Shown here in pieces: positions 1-14,215 of a stretch of DNA of 64,000 nt. Under the pieces are notes generated by a model. That model ran no database searches. It saw nothing but the letters and a program-made list of their open reading frames with translations, and was not told where the DNA came from. A program made the position numbers and the translations under genes. This DNA is from the human T2T-CHM13v2.0 reference genome, Homo sapiens. The stretch lies in the NCBI RefSeq assembly GCF_009914755.1, contig NC_060932.1; one strand, 5' to 3'. Within the stretch, counting starts at the first letter, position 1. Each line of letters begins with the position of its first letter.

Positions 1-577
1 ATGTTTAAGAAATACTTTGGTTTGCTTCAGGAAGGCGGGGCAATTCAAAGCTGGGGGCTTCCAGGCTATAGATAAATGTCAACATTTTCTGGTTGATAAC
101 TGGTTATCTGAGGATCTGAGACCAACGGAAAGGAATGCTTAGGTTGACGGAAAGGATTGTGGAGACCACGTTTTATTGTGCAGAGGAACCTTTCAGGTTG
201 CAGACTTCAGAGACAGAGCAGGTTGTAAAATGTTTCTTATTAGACCTAAAAGGGTGCCTGGCTCTTAGTCAATTATCTACTGGATCTGGAAAGAAAGGAG
301 GGAAGACAAAGGGGGAAGGGGATTCTCTATAGAATGTGGATTTTTCCCACAAAAGACTTTGCAGGGCAATTTCAAGGTACGAAAAGAAATATATTTTGGG
401 GTTAAATATATTTTCCTTGTCTCATAATGTTATGCCGGAATCAGACTGAAAAGTAAGTCACAATATATCGTGTCAAATAAAACCCATCTGATGAGAATGT
501 ATGGTTTGTAGGGCCTGACTCCCTAGCCCCCTTAGGTAGGAATTTGGCTAAGATAAAAAATCAGAGCTTAGTCCTCA
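1..577 (-). mobile_element. MER4A-type ERV1 LTR (runs off the window start), abutting/nested in LTR8
   Basis: Reverse complement starts TGAGGACTAAGCTCTGATTTTTTATC, the MER4A-type 5' end. Confidence 0.7.
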
Positions 578-1178
578 ACTTAAATCATTCTCCCCAAGCA
601 TTCAGGATTTGCGTTTTTAAGGATAATTTGGTGGATAGGAGCTCAGAAGAGGGGAGTGCTGATTGGTCATGTTGGAGATGGAATCAGAGGGGGTCCGAAG
701 TGAGTTTTTCTTGCTGTCTTCTGTTCCTGGGTGGGACGGCAGGACTGGTTGAGCCAGATTACCGGTCTTGGTGGAGTGCAGGGTCTGCGAAATACCTCCA
801 GCACTGATCTTAGGTTTTACGATAGTGATGTTATCCCCAGGAGAAATTTGGGGAGGTTCAGACTCTTGGAGTCAGAGGCTGCATGACCCCTGAACTGTAA
901 TTTCCAATCTTGTAGCTACTTCGTTAGTCCTGCAAAGGCAGACTGGTCCCCAGACAAGAAGGGGGTCTCTTTGGGAAAGGGCTGTTATCAGTTTTGTTTC
1001 ACAGTCAAATCATGAACTGAATTCCTTCCTAAAGTTAGTTTGGCCTCTGCCCAGAAGTGAACAAGGACAGCTTAAAGGTTACAAGCAAGATGGTGTCGGT
1101 TAGGTCTGATTTCTTTCACTTTCGTGAGCTCTCACAAGTTATAACTTCCTCAGTTATAATTTTGCAAAGGCGGTTTCA
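578..1178 (-). mobile_element. LTR8-type ERV1 LTR
   Basis: Reverse complement starts TGAAACCGCCTTTGCAAAATTATAACTGAGG. Confidence 0.7.
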
Positions 1179-1799
1179 CCAGCTACAAATGCTATTTGCT
1201 CCTCATGGCTGCAAAAGACATGGAACACACATCCCAGAACACCCAAGGGTGCCCAGAGAAGTCACACCTCTTGGGAAAGAAACTGCCTTGACTTCGATTC
1301 TTTGCAAGCTCTAGCATGAGGCTCAGGGCACAGGAACACTGGGCTATGGCAAAAGAGCACTGTTCTGCAGAAAAACCCCTCAGCCTCCAAGACACAGTGC
1401 CAGCAGTCAGAAAAACAATTGCCCCCAGTCACAGAGCTCAGCCAGACGCCCCAGTCAGCTGCATTTTAGGCCAGTTTGCTACCCCTGAGACCTGTGTAGA
1501 TGTCAGTGTGGACACTGACATTCTCTTGAGCTCACACCCGAGTGGCCCACACATAAGTACATTAAGAAGACAGAGGAAACGGCCCACTTCAGTAGCTGGG
1601 AGATGATTCAGAAAGATTTCCCAGGAACTATCCCTGAAAACAACTGAGTACCTTGTGTTCTGTGTGGATGAAATGAAGACCTCAGCTTCATCAGCTGACG
1701 TTCCTGCCACATCTGGGATGCCCCAGTTTGGCTTCCAGAGCAGCAATGCTCAGCCCTGACTACACAAGAGAGTCATAGGAGAGTTAAAACAACAACAAC

Positions 1800-2965
1800 A
1801 ACAAAACCCATCTCTACAGAGAGAAAGAGAGAGAAATTAGCAGGGCACAGTGATGCAACCATGGTCCCAGCTACTTGGGAAGCTAAGGGGGAGGATTGCT
1901 TGAGTCCAGGAATTCGAGGCTGCAGTGAGCTATGATTACACAACTACACTCCAGCCTGAGAGACAGAGCGAGACATTGTCTCAAAACATGCCCCCCAAAA
2001 CCAAAAAGCAACAACATCAACATAGGCATGTGTTGTAGACAAGAGTTAGGCTGTATCTTATTAAACTGAAATGCAATTATCACAGAAGCTAGCATTTGCG
2101 CTCTTGGGCATTTATTCTAGAGAAATGAAAAGTTATGTTCACATGAAAACCTGTACCTGAACGTTCATGGCAGCTTTCTTTGGGACAGCCCCAAACTGGA
2201 AACAATCTGGATGTTCCTTCATGGGTGAGGGTGAAACAAACTGTGCTCCGTCCATGCCAGGGAGGTTTGCTCAGCAGCAAAGACGATGAACTCTCGTTGC
2301 GCATGACAACTTGGGAGGATCTCAAGGGAATGATGCTGATTGAAAGAAGCCAGTCTCAAAAATGTTCTTGGAGAATGTGTGATTCCATCTAAATAACATT
2401 CTTGAAATATCAACATTACAGACGCAGAACATGAGTGGCTGTTCAGGGTTAGGAATGGGGATGGAGCCTGAGGGGTAATGAGGGATGTCATTGACCTGTG
2501 GTCATAAAGCAGTTTTGGCTGTTGTCACTTGTGATGGTCACATGAATCTGCACACATGAGGAAATTGCACAGAATGATACACACCCACACCCACAGGCAT
2601 GTAAACCAGTGAAATCTGAAGAAGTTAGGCTGGGTGTGATGGTGTATGCCTGTAGTCCCAGCTACTTGGGGGCTGAGACAGGAGGATCACTTGAGCCCAA
2701 GAGGTTGAAGCTGCAGTGAGCCATGTTCCCAACAGTGCACTCCAGGCTAGGTGGCCAAATGAGATCTTGTATCAAAAAGAAAAAGAAAAAAGAGAAAAAG
2801 AAATATGAAGAGGTTCTGTGGATGGTACCCAGGTCGCCCTCGTGGTTTTGACGCCATCCTGGAGTTCTGCACAGCGTTACCATTGGAGTTGAGGAAAAGA
2901 CATACAAGCCTGCTGTTCATTGTTTCGCAAATTTCTTTGCATCCATAATTGCTTCCAAATAAAAA
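1800..2965 (+). mobile_element. Old Alu partial/monomer copies (about 1800-1985 and 2628-2800) with an old L1M 3' fragment (about 2075-2965)
   Basis: Alu right-arm motifs (ccagctacttggg...gcagtgagc) and L1M-type 3' sequence (aaatgaaaa...atgttcaca...gtaaaac). Confidence 0.6.
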
Positions 2966-4715
2966 GTAAAAACCAAAACCTCAAACAAAGCATTCTAGCC
3001 TTCATCCCTTCCTGCTGTTGCGTCCGATTCTTGTCAAGTACACCCATTGAACAAGGCCAAAGCCTCGCATATGAGCCACTGTTAGAGCCTTTTATTACAC
3101 ACAGAGACGGAGAAAAGAGTTAGGCCAAAGGTGCCGTCTCCCCCGGAGCCTCGTCCCACACACTGGAAACCCTGACCAGGACACCACCAAGACAATGGGC
3201 TGGATGGCTGGGATAGGAGCTATGGGACACCCCATTGCTAGGGAGCTGGTTCTAGACTGCAGCAGAGTGGTTTTGTATCCTGCACCTGCACTCTAAGCAC
3301 TGAAAGTGTGGGAGAAGACCTTTACTTCATTAGCCCTGAGGAGAAGGGAGGGGAGGTGGGGGTGGCTCCGGAGCAGCTCGTCATGGGCTCCCATCCTCTT
3401 GCGTTCTGGGGAATCACAAACTGTTCTGCCAAGATCCAGATAGGCAGTACTTTGATGGAGCCTGTGTGGATCCACACAAGGTTGTCCGGGCACCACGGCA
3501 GAGCAATACCCATAGAACTCTGTTGGAGTGGGCCCTGGCATCAGTATTTGTAAAAGCCTCCCCTCTAATTCTGCTGGGAAGCTGGGCTTGAGATGTCCTG
3601 TCTAGCCTGGCAGTAGGAGGAGCCAGAAACCTGCTTTTGGCTTATGCCTGCAGCGTGGCCCCAGGCAAGTCAGCATCCTGCTCCACTTTGGTTCCTCACC
3701 TGCAAAAGTGCGGGCCTGGCCAGCCTGAAAGGGAAAGCCACTGGGCGTAGGATTTGGAACTTGCTCCTTGGCCACTCTGGCACCTGCTGCTATGAGCTGC
3801 AGCACAGCCTCCCTGTTGATAGAGAAATGGTCAGGACATGCAAAAGCCACAATCATCAACTATAGGCCCCAATGAGGCTTTTTCCTGGCCATAAGCAGGA
3901 CAGTGAGAAAGGCTGGAGAAAGAGTGCACCTGCTATCATATGCCACAGCTGCATGCTGTGTCTAGAGCTTTCTAGAGCAACTCCTCCCTCAGACTGGGAG
4001 AGTCTTTTGCACATTCCCATACATGCGTCTAAGAGGGGAATATGATGGTTTTCACCTACATATAAAAATACATTAGAACAATGTCCTAGATCCTAGCTTA
4101 TTAGCTTTCTCATTCATTCAGGTAATCCACGTGTCCATTCAATCCCTCATTCATTCAGTCCACGCACACTAAAATATGACTCATCATCACCGAGCTCTGC
4201 TTATATCAGGTTTCAACTTCTCACTTGGGATTTCATGTTCAGGCTGGAACTCTGGGGCCTCTAGAAAAGTCCCAGCTCCTTGAGTGACAGAAGCAAATAA
4301 AAAGAAAGAAAAGAAAGCCCCAGCTCCTTGCTATTAGATCAGGGCTTGAAATATAATGAAGTAACCAGGATAAAGACAAGGCTAGGGGCTTGGGGAAGAA
4401 GCAGGGAGTGGGCTTGGGGTACCTAGGAAGAAAAGGGCTGGTGCATGTGCTGGTAGCCAAATTATTGGTGCTTGGCTGGAGCAATCACACCTGCATGGCT
4501 GTGTCAAATGTCTGCATCTGTCTGCATCATTCGTGGCATGTTCACAAATGTTATGTGGACATGGGCGTCCAGGTGATGAAGGTTTAGGGAAGGCCCCTTT
4601 CACCAGATGGAACAGTAGCTTATACTGCAGAACTTTCCAGAAACTTTACTGTGCTAACACAGTGAATCTCCAGTATGAAGATGGAGATGCAACCAGGAGT
4701 TTCCCAAACATGCAT

Positions 4716-5130
4716 CGATAAGGTTTGGATCTGTGTCCCTGCCCAAATCCCATGTCAAATTGTAATCCCCAGTGTTGAAGGTGAGGTCTGGTGGGAGGTG
4801 ATTGGATCATAGGGGTGGAAACTTCATGAATGGTTAAGCACCATCACCTTGGTGCTGTCTTGTGATAGAGTTCTCAGGAGATCTCATTATTTAAAAGTAT
4901 GCGCCACCTCCCCGCTCCTGCTCTTTCTTGGTCCTGCTCCGGGCATATGAGATGTGCCTGCTTCCCCTTTGCCTTCTGCCATGATTCTAAGTTTCCTAAG
5001 GCCTCCCCAGAAGCAGAAGCCACTGTGCTTCCTGTACAGCCTGCAGAGCCATGAGCCAATGAAAGCTATTTTCTTTATAAATTACCCAGTCTCAGGTATT
5101 TCTTTATAGCAGTGACAGAATGGATGAACA
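4716..5130 (+). mobile_element. MST-type MaLR solo LTR
   Basis: ggtttggatctgtgtccc...aattgtaatcccc...ttttctttataaattacccagtctcaggtatt. Confidence 0.8.
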
Positions 5131-5679
5131 CAGCCATGAACACGAAGCATCTCATGGGACCCTTGGAAGTGTTACCTGAGGGCAATGACAAGATCTGTTG
5201 GAAGGGATGGCTGACTCTGGGTCCCCGGAGAGGCCAGGCTCATGCCAAGAGCCAGGCAGCCAGGTCAAGGGTGGGGACAGGAGGAAAAGGAGTCAGCTGG
5301 GATGGCAAGTGTGTGAGCTGGGAGGTTTTTGTAGGATTTGGGACTAGGAGTGACCTGAAAGTGACAGGAACACATTCTGTCGACTCTAGAGGAAGAGGCA
5401 GCTGCTTCTCCCTGGGTTCTGAAGGACTTGGGGCAACCCAACTTAGAGTGAAGGCCGACTCTAGAGAGCAGGAAGAAGAAGCCAGATATCTCATCTGCAG
5501 GGAACAAAGATCCTGGCAAGAGAAGGAGCAGCCCTGGGGGGTTGCAGAGGCTTCTGTAACAGAGGCTTCTTCTAGACTCACAGCCCAGGCAGGACGGGGC
5601 CTGGTTTTCTAGTCTGAACCAGAACCTTCCCTCCCGTGGTTAAACCATCAGCTTACCAGTCATAAGAAACCATAACTGG

Positions 5680-6005
5680 GGGAGCTGTTGGTAGAAGTCT
5701 CAGAATCCAAAGGCCCACGAATCAGGATCTCCAATGTTCAAGGGTAAGAGAAGATGGATGTCCCAGCTTGAGAAGAGAGAGAACGAATGTACCCTTCCTC
5801 TGTCTTTTTGTTCTATCTGGGTCCTCAGTGGATTTGGTGATGCCCACCTACACGGGAGAAGGAGGATCTTTCTTACTCAGTCTTCATATTCAAATACTCA
5901 TCTCTTCTGGAAACAGCCTTGCAGATACACCCAGAAATAATGCGTTCCCAGCTATCTAGGCATCACTTAGCCTAGTCAAGCTGATACATGAAATTAACCA
6001 TCACA
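5680..6005 (-). mobile_element. MLT2-type ERVL LTR fragment
   Basis: Ends ...aaattaaccatcaca (reverse complement of the MLT2 5' end). Confidence 0.65.
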
Positions 6006-6129
6006 CCCTCTTTCAGCCTCTGAGATCCAGCATGTCCTCTCTTGCTACAAGGGTGTTGAGCACATTGTCCCCTTTGCCTGGAATGCTCTTTCCTTCATTG
6101 TTCTCCTACTTGTCACTTCCTATTTTGGT

Positions 6130-7092
<963 letters not shown>

Positions 7093-7179
7093 TTCAATGC
7101 CATGTTCACAGGAAGACTTCTAGGAGACTGTCCAGAAACCAACTCCTCCTCTCATCTTTGTTTTCTTTCTGCAAAGTCA

Positions 7180-8010
7180 TGTTGACAAAAGGAGACAAAC
7201 TAAAATATTTGAAGAGATTTATTCTGAGCCAAATATGGGTGACCATGGCAGATGGCACAGCCTAGGAGATCCTGAGAACATGTGCCCAAGGTGGTCGGGC
7301 TACAGCTTGGTTTTATACATTTTAGGGAGACAGAAGACATCAATCAATACATATAAGATGTAAATTGGTTGGTCATGGGGCTTCCAGGTCATAGGTGGAT
7401 TCAAAGATTTTCTAATTGGCAATTGGTTGAAATAATTAAATTGTTATCTAAGGACCTGGAATCAATAGAAGGGAGTGTCTGGATTATGATAAGGGGTTGT
7501 GGAGACCAAGGTTTTTATTATGTAGATGAAGCCTCCAGGTAGCAGGCTTCCGAGAGAATAGATTGTAAATGTTTCTTATCAGACTTAAGAAGAGGCCAGA
7601 CTCTCAGTTAATTCTCTCCTGGATCAGAGAAAGATCTGGAAAGGGAAGAAAATTATAGAATGTTGATCTTCCTCACAAGAGACAGCTTTGTGAGACCATT
7701 TCAAAATATGTCAAAGAAATACACTTTAGGGTAAAAAGCTTCAATTTCTTTCAGGGCCTGCTATCTGTCATGTTGGTATCTTATTGCTACAAAGAGTCTG
7801 TTTCCTCAGTCTTAATGCCTCTGTTTTCATGTGAATGCTGGCCAGCTGTGCCTGAATTCCAAAGGGAGGAGGGCATAACGAGGCATGCCTGATCCCCTCT
7901 TCCCATCATGCCCCGAACTAGTGTTTCAGGTTAACTTTGGAATGCCCTTGGCCAAAAGGAGGGGGTCCATTCAGTTGGTTGGGGGGCTTAGAATTTTTGA
8001 TTTGCATTCA
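7180..8010 (-). mobile_element. MER4-family ERV1 solo LTR
   Basis: gagatttattctgagccaaatatg...gagaacatgtgcccaaggtggtc...gggcttccaggtcataggtggattcaaagattttc. Confidence 0.75.
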
Positions 8011-8974
8011 TGATCATTGCAGATGCAAGTTACATATATTTGTGTAGTGATTTCATAGATGCCAGGCTTCCCCATACTGTATATGCTCCACGGAGCAATG
8101 CCTGTTCCTTTTTGCTCACTGCTCCATTCCCAGCCCCACGCCCATGGATGGCTTCTCAGGAGGCATCTGTTAAATGGTTGTGAGACAAATGGAGGACGTC
8201 AGGACAAACAATAGGGGCAGGTTGGTGGGGCTAAGCATTCAGAGTGAAAGGGATTATAATTAAAACTTGTCTCACCATTGGATCCTTTACAAAATAATTG
8301 TTGGGTTATTTTCTTGGTGATGCAGTGATCCATATTGATTTTAGAAAATGCATGCATCTTGGCTGGGGGATCTGGAAGTCTGGAGGGTGGCCACAGGAGC
8401 AAAGACCGTGCAGTGCAGGCAGAAGAAGTCCTTGGAGCCCTGTTCCCTAGCTTAGGAGACCACATGCCCCAAACCTGGCTGGCCACCAGGGCTTGCTCTT
8501 TTCCTGGGTGGTTCTCAGCAATTTCATGGAGGATGACCCAGAAGGCAGGAAGTCTACTGCCAGTTCCTGTGTGCCCTAGGGCAAGCTATCTAAACCCTTT
8601 TATGTCCCATTTTCTTAATCAGTCAATAGGTATAAATAGTAGGGCCTACTTCATTTGGCCATATTGAGGATTAAGTGAGATTTTACATACAGTGCTTAAT
8701 AGTACACATAAAAAGTGTTAAATAAGTATCATTATGAAATCAGTCATCATTCAAAGGTCCATCAAAGCAAGCAGACTCCTGGCCCCCTCTCTTGCCATGA
8801 AATAAAACCAGTAGTCACAATCATGATGAGGCCTAATCCTCCTACCAAGGCAACTTGTTCTCTTTGCTAGTAATTGCCTGGATTTTCATTATTACACAAG
8901 AAAAGGGAACCCTTTAGCAATAATTTGAGGCTACTCCCATCACAAAGCATAAGCATCATGAAAATGGGGAGGCT

Positions 8975-8980
8975 TTTATT
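8975..8980 (-). terminator. PRSS55: Distal poly(A) signal for the alternative PRSS55 last exon
   Basis: Plus-strand tttatt = AATAAA on minus, about 115 nt after the alternative stop. Confidence 0.65.
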
Positions 8981-9095
8981 CATTTTTTCAGTCATTTGGA
9001 CAGAAAACACCCTCAAAGATTTTCAACTCAAGGCTATGCCCAAGGGTATGTTTTCTGCCCCAAAAATGGCTCCATGTAGAAGAAAGAGCAAAGCA

Positions 9096-9185
9096 TCAGT
9101 TTTGCAGATGAAAGGTGTGAGACCCAGGCGGCTTTGTTTGAGGGCTTCCGGTGTTCATTCTTTGTAAAGTGGGAAAATAGCTTTG
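9096..9185 (-). CDS. PRSS55: PRSS55 distal alternative terminal exon (276-aa isoform without catalytic Ser)
   Basis: T-run + aaag| acceptor; phase-0 reading QSYFPTLQRMNTGSPQTKPPGSHTFHLQN-TGA (29 aa); 247+29 = 276 aa, the length I recall for PRSS55 isoform 2; AATAAA downstream. Confidence 0.75.
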   Translation of the reverse strand, partial: QSYFPTLQRMNTGSPQTKPPGSHTFHLQN

Positions 9186-9199
9186 CTTTAAAAAAAAAA

Positions 9200-10760
9200 T
9201 TAAATTGACAAATTAAAAAAATTTTATGTATTTATTGTACAATGTGGTGCTTTGATTTATGTATACATTGTGAAATGGTTACTCCAATTAAACTAATTAA
9301 CATATCCATCACCTTACATATTGCTTTTTCATGATGAGAACATTCAAGATCTCTTCTCTTAGCAATTTTCCGGTCTATAATACATTATTACTGTATTAAC
9401 AATAGTAACCATGCTGTGCAATAGATCTTCAAAATTTATTTCTCCTGTCTAACTGAAATTTTGTGCCCTTTGACCATTTCCCCCTCCGGGTCTCATAACC
9501 ACCATTCTACTCTGCGATTCTATGAGTTCAAATTTTTTAGATTCCATATGTAAGTGAGATAATGCAGTATTTGTGTTTCTGGGCCTGGTTTAATTCACTT
9601 AGTCTAATGTCCTCTAGGTTCATCTGTGTCATTGTCAATGACAGAATTTCCTTCTTGTTTAAGGCTGAGTAGTATTTTATTGTGTACATATATATCACAT
9701 TCTCTTTATCATTCATCTGTTGATGGACACATAGGTTGTTTCTATGTTGTATTAGTCCATTCTCACACTGCCATAAAGACATACCCAAAACTAGGTAATT
9801 TATTAAAAAAAGAGGTTTAATTAACTCACAGTTCCACATGACTGGAGAGGCCTCAGGAAACTTACGATCATGGCAGAAGATGAGAGTGAAGCAAAGGCAT
9901 GTCTTACATGGCAGCAGGTGAGAGAGAGAGCCAGCAAAGGGGGAGGAGCCCCTTATGAAACCATCAGATCTCGTGAGAACTCACTCACTATCATGAGAAT
10001 AGCATATGGAAAACTGCCCTCATGATCCGATCACTTCCCACCAGGTCCCACCCTCTACACTTGAGAATTATGGGGATTACACTTCAAAATGAGATTTGGG
10101 TGGGGACACAGAACTAAACCACATCTCATGTCTTGGCTATTATGAATAATACAAGCATGAGAGTGCAAATATATTTTCAACATACTGATTTCATTTCCTT
10201 TGAATAGATACCCCGAAGTGGGATTGCAGGATGATATGGTAGTTCTATTTTTAGTTTTTGAGAAGCCTCCATAGTGTTCCCCATTTTGGTTGTATTAATT
10301 TACATTCCTACCAATGGAGTACAAACATTCCCCTTTCTCCACACCCTCACCAACACTCACTATCTTTTGTCTTTTTGACAACAGCCATTCTAACAGGTGT
10401 GAGGTCATGTGTCTTTGTGGTATTAATTTGCATTTCCTTGATGATTAGTGATGTTGAGAAGTTTTTCATTTAGCCACTTATGTGTCTTCTTTTGAGAAAT
10501 GTCTATTCGGGTCCTTTGCCCATTTTTAAATTGGGTTATTTGTTTTCTTACTACTGAGTTGTTTGGGTTTTTTGTATATTTTGGGGATTAACCCCTTAAA
10601 AGATGCATGGTTTGCAAATGTTTTCTCCCATTCCAAAGGTTGTCTCTTTACTCTGCTAATTGTCTCCTTGGCTGTGTAGAAGCTTCTTAGTTTAGTGCAA
10701 CCCCATTTGTCTGATTTTTTGCTTTTGCTGTCTGTGCTTTTGGGGTCATATCTAAGCTTT
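9200..10760 (-). mobile_element. L1M 3' end interrupted by a THE1/MST LTR
   Basis: L1 3'UTR/ORF2 tail motifs resume on both sides of the LTR. Confidence 0.8.
9748..10126 (-). mobile_element. THE1/MSTA MaLR solo LTR nested in L1
   Basis: tgtattagtccattctcacactgc...gagatttgggtggggacaca. Confidence 0.8.
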
Positions 10761-12284
10761 GCTTTTTCAACCCGGTGCTCGGTAGATTAAAGTAGGAAGA
10801 TGTTTCCTGGAGGCCTCCAGCCATCCGTAGCTTTGCCATGATTAACACTCCCATGATTTCACTCTCTCAAAGAATGGGATTCTTTAAAAGTTCCAATCTT
10901 GAGGGCATCAGTAAGTTAGAAACGGGCTCTCTGCTTTCAGTCAAATGGATCCCAGCGTTTGTTCTAAGAGAAAGATGAGGAGGTTCCTCATAACCAGTAG
11001 CTTCCAGTATTCTTTATTCTAAGCATGAAGACATTTCCCTTTGCACAGAGCACATGAAGGCTTACTGAGGCAAGGCAGGAAACGGTGCCCTTTCCCCAGT
11101 AACTTCCGGCACGTTCTGCCGTGCATCTCCACACCCGGCTGCTCTGTAGAGCTATTAGCCAAACGGGCAATGTTTCTGTCGTTTAACTGCCTCTTTGGGC
11201 AGGAACATTTGAAAGCAGGGATTTTGCAAAGGTTCTGCTTTTGGAAGAATTTGTTGGTTCCTATTAAATGGGCAGATGGAAAGCACAGGGAATCTGGAGG
11301 TGCTTTGCAGTGAGGACAGCACGGGGCTTGACACAGGAGAGGGAGGAGTGCGATTTTTTGTGCCCCCACTAAAAGGATGGGGTGGGAGCTTCTCCCCATC
11401 ACCAAGTGCTCTCAGAGCCCGTGCAGATGGAGAGACATGGTTCCAATGTTCTCAGCTGTTCCCTTCAGCCGCTGTCATTGGCACATCGGTCAGCGTTGCC
11501 AGGGTTAGGAGGTGAAGCCCCTCTGTGGGGTGCCCCTACCTCGCACAAGATGACCTTGCAGGACATGCAGTCACAGGGAAGCTGGTCCTCGATCTGCTGG
11601 GATTTGTGTCCTCAGTTCATGCCTCCACCTGTGCTGCACGTCACAGCCTGCAATGCTGCCGGTTACCCTGCCGTCCCCACCAGAGGTCGAGCTCCCTAAG
11701 ACAGCCACCGGGCACTGCCTGTCTTTGTGTTTCCCAGCACAAAGAAAAGAACTGAACACTTATTCTGATTCAATAACAGGAAGAATAAGTGAATGAATGA
11801 ATGAGTGAGTGAGGGCATTTTAAAGCCAAGGGTGTTTCTGCCTCACAAGCTCATTGTCTTAGAAGAAAAGAAGGCAAATAAGGAGATCAGTAAGAAGTCC
11901 TGTGTGCCCGATTGCTTCCTGTGCCTTTCAACCTTCAGCCATGAAGCACGACCTTTATTGCTTGTTGAGCACAGACAGCTTTTAAAGGATATCCTTCCAC
12001 TGCCCTCTCAGAAGGAAGGGGTCTTGGAAAGTGCTCAAAGCTCATCACTTGCAGGACCTTCTGAGTATGCTATGAATAAGAAGATAGTAAGAGAAGGTGG
12101 CGGCAACAGGGGATTTCAAAATGTACTGGAAGCCTGGGTCCATGTCAGCTGTTGGGGCAGAAGAATGTTTTAGTGGGAGTAATTGATTTATTCAGTGTCA
12201 TCTGAATGTGAAAGAAGACAGGATAGCTGAGCAAGCAATCCTCCCTCCAGCTTTCCATGCACTCCTACAGATGTGTTTGTGCTC

Positions 12285-12324
12285 ACGCACACACACGTGC
12301 ACACACACGCATGCACACACACAC
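12285..12324. repeat. Alternating purine-pyrimidine (CA/CG/TG) tract
   Basis: acgcacacacacgtgcacacacacgcatgcacacacac. Confidence 0.8.
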
Positions 12325-12905
12325 CTGCCATGTCTTTTGCATGTACATCAGGTGATTAACACAGGTATCGAATGGAAAGCGACATCTTCAGGAGAAGCTG
12401 ATACAGTAAAAACCAAGGTAACACATCGCAGGGTAACACAGTTATCATCAAGCATTGTCTCGGGGCAGGCAGGCAGGAGAGAGGAAGGCTGGTTGGGAAA
12501 CTTCAGGCAATCGGTCTCAGAAGTGGGGAGGCAGAGATTGGGTCCCTGTGCTCCAATTTTCTCCAGTCAACTCAACAAAACGGCATCAGCTGGGAGTGTG
12601 CTGGAGTTTGTATCTGTCTTGGAAGTCCCATCAAGGGTCCCAGAAATTCTTGTTGTTTAAGGCACAGCAGCCAACTGCCACCAGGTGATGCTACACCAGA
12701 GCCAGGACTAGTACAGGCTTATGAGGCCAGGGACGTGAGGCCAGGCTGCTGACTCCATAGGCTCGGCCCCTTCCTTCATTGACTTGGCCATAACCAGCCT
12801 TGCATTTCAGGAGCTGGGAGTTCTAGACCCCCACTTCTGTGTTATGGGGCTCCCTAGGTAATTCTCTGTGGATAGTGATGACTTGGATAGCTAAAATGCC
12901 CTGTG

Positions 12906-13212
<307 letters not shown>

Positions 13213-14007
13213 ATGACTTATGGGTTATCAGTGCTTCTCTATGCATCATTTCACTACAGAAAGACTGAGAGCCAGGCCGGGAACAGGGCCTTACCACCAC
13301 CTTGCAGATAAGAAAATTGCAGTTTAGAGAAATGACAGAGCGGGGAGCTGCTGGCTGTGCCTGTGCTGTTTCATGGTCCCAAGCACTCCGTCTTTCTCCA
13401 AAGTCAGGGGGAGAGACACAGCTGAAAAGGGGCACTGAGCGTTGGAACCGACGTCAGGAAGCCCCTGCCTGGTACCCTAACATGGCCACTGAACAGCAGG
13501 TGGGCTGAGCTCCTGGGGCCTTGTTTCGCATCTTAGAACCAGGGTCTTTTCTTGATGATCTGTGGGGTCTCATCACTGTCACATTTAGCAGGGCTTGGTG
13601 AGCCCCTGTGTGACCCCCAGTGTGCTGGACACAGGCTGTACGTGGGCTTAGCCCCGTACCCAGCCCACATCCCAACATGCCGATGCCATCATCCACCCTC
13701 TGAAATGCCATCAACTCGGGCCATCCCTACAGGCCACCCCTCCTAGGCTCTTACAACCATCTCCCACCGGGGCACTGGCTCTGCAGCTGTCCCCTCACTC
13801 CCACTTCCCACACCAGAGTTTCTGGGATTGGATTACATCACTCTTGCTCAAGCCTCTTCAGTGGCTCTCCGCGGCCATGGCCGCTGCAGGGACCTTTCAG
13901 AGGCCTAAAGGACAGGACCCAGCTCCATCCTTCATCTGCCCCCGCCTCCATCCTAGCACTTATTATGATGAGGTGACTATCCGTTTACATCCATCTCCCC
14001 CTCTAGA

Positions 14008-14215
14008 CCAGGGTAAGCGAATGTTTTCTGTCAAGGGTCAGGTAGTAAATGCTCCAGGCTCCAGGGGCCACCTAGCCTTGGTTGCATCTATTGAGCTTAT
14101 GCCTGTATATACAGCAGCATCCACAGACGAGATGCCAGGGAAGAGGCGTGGCTGCGTTCCGATAAGACACACAGTGGGCTTGATCCAACCCCAGCCTCAG
14201 TCGGACCCCTGCTTT
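14008..14215 (+). mobile_element. MER58-like hAT DNA transposon remnant
   Basis: cagggtaagcgaatgttttctgtcaagggtcaggtagtaaat...gacccctg. Confidence 0.55.

Noticed and set aside
9035-9160. Alternative acceptor (acaaag|AATGAA) giving a 41-aa tail for the distal exon
   Set aside because: The first AG after the T-tract is at 9187-9186 and gives the 276-aa length I recall; the downstream AG is possible but unsupported
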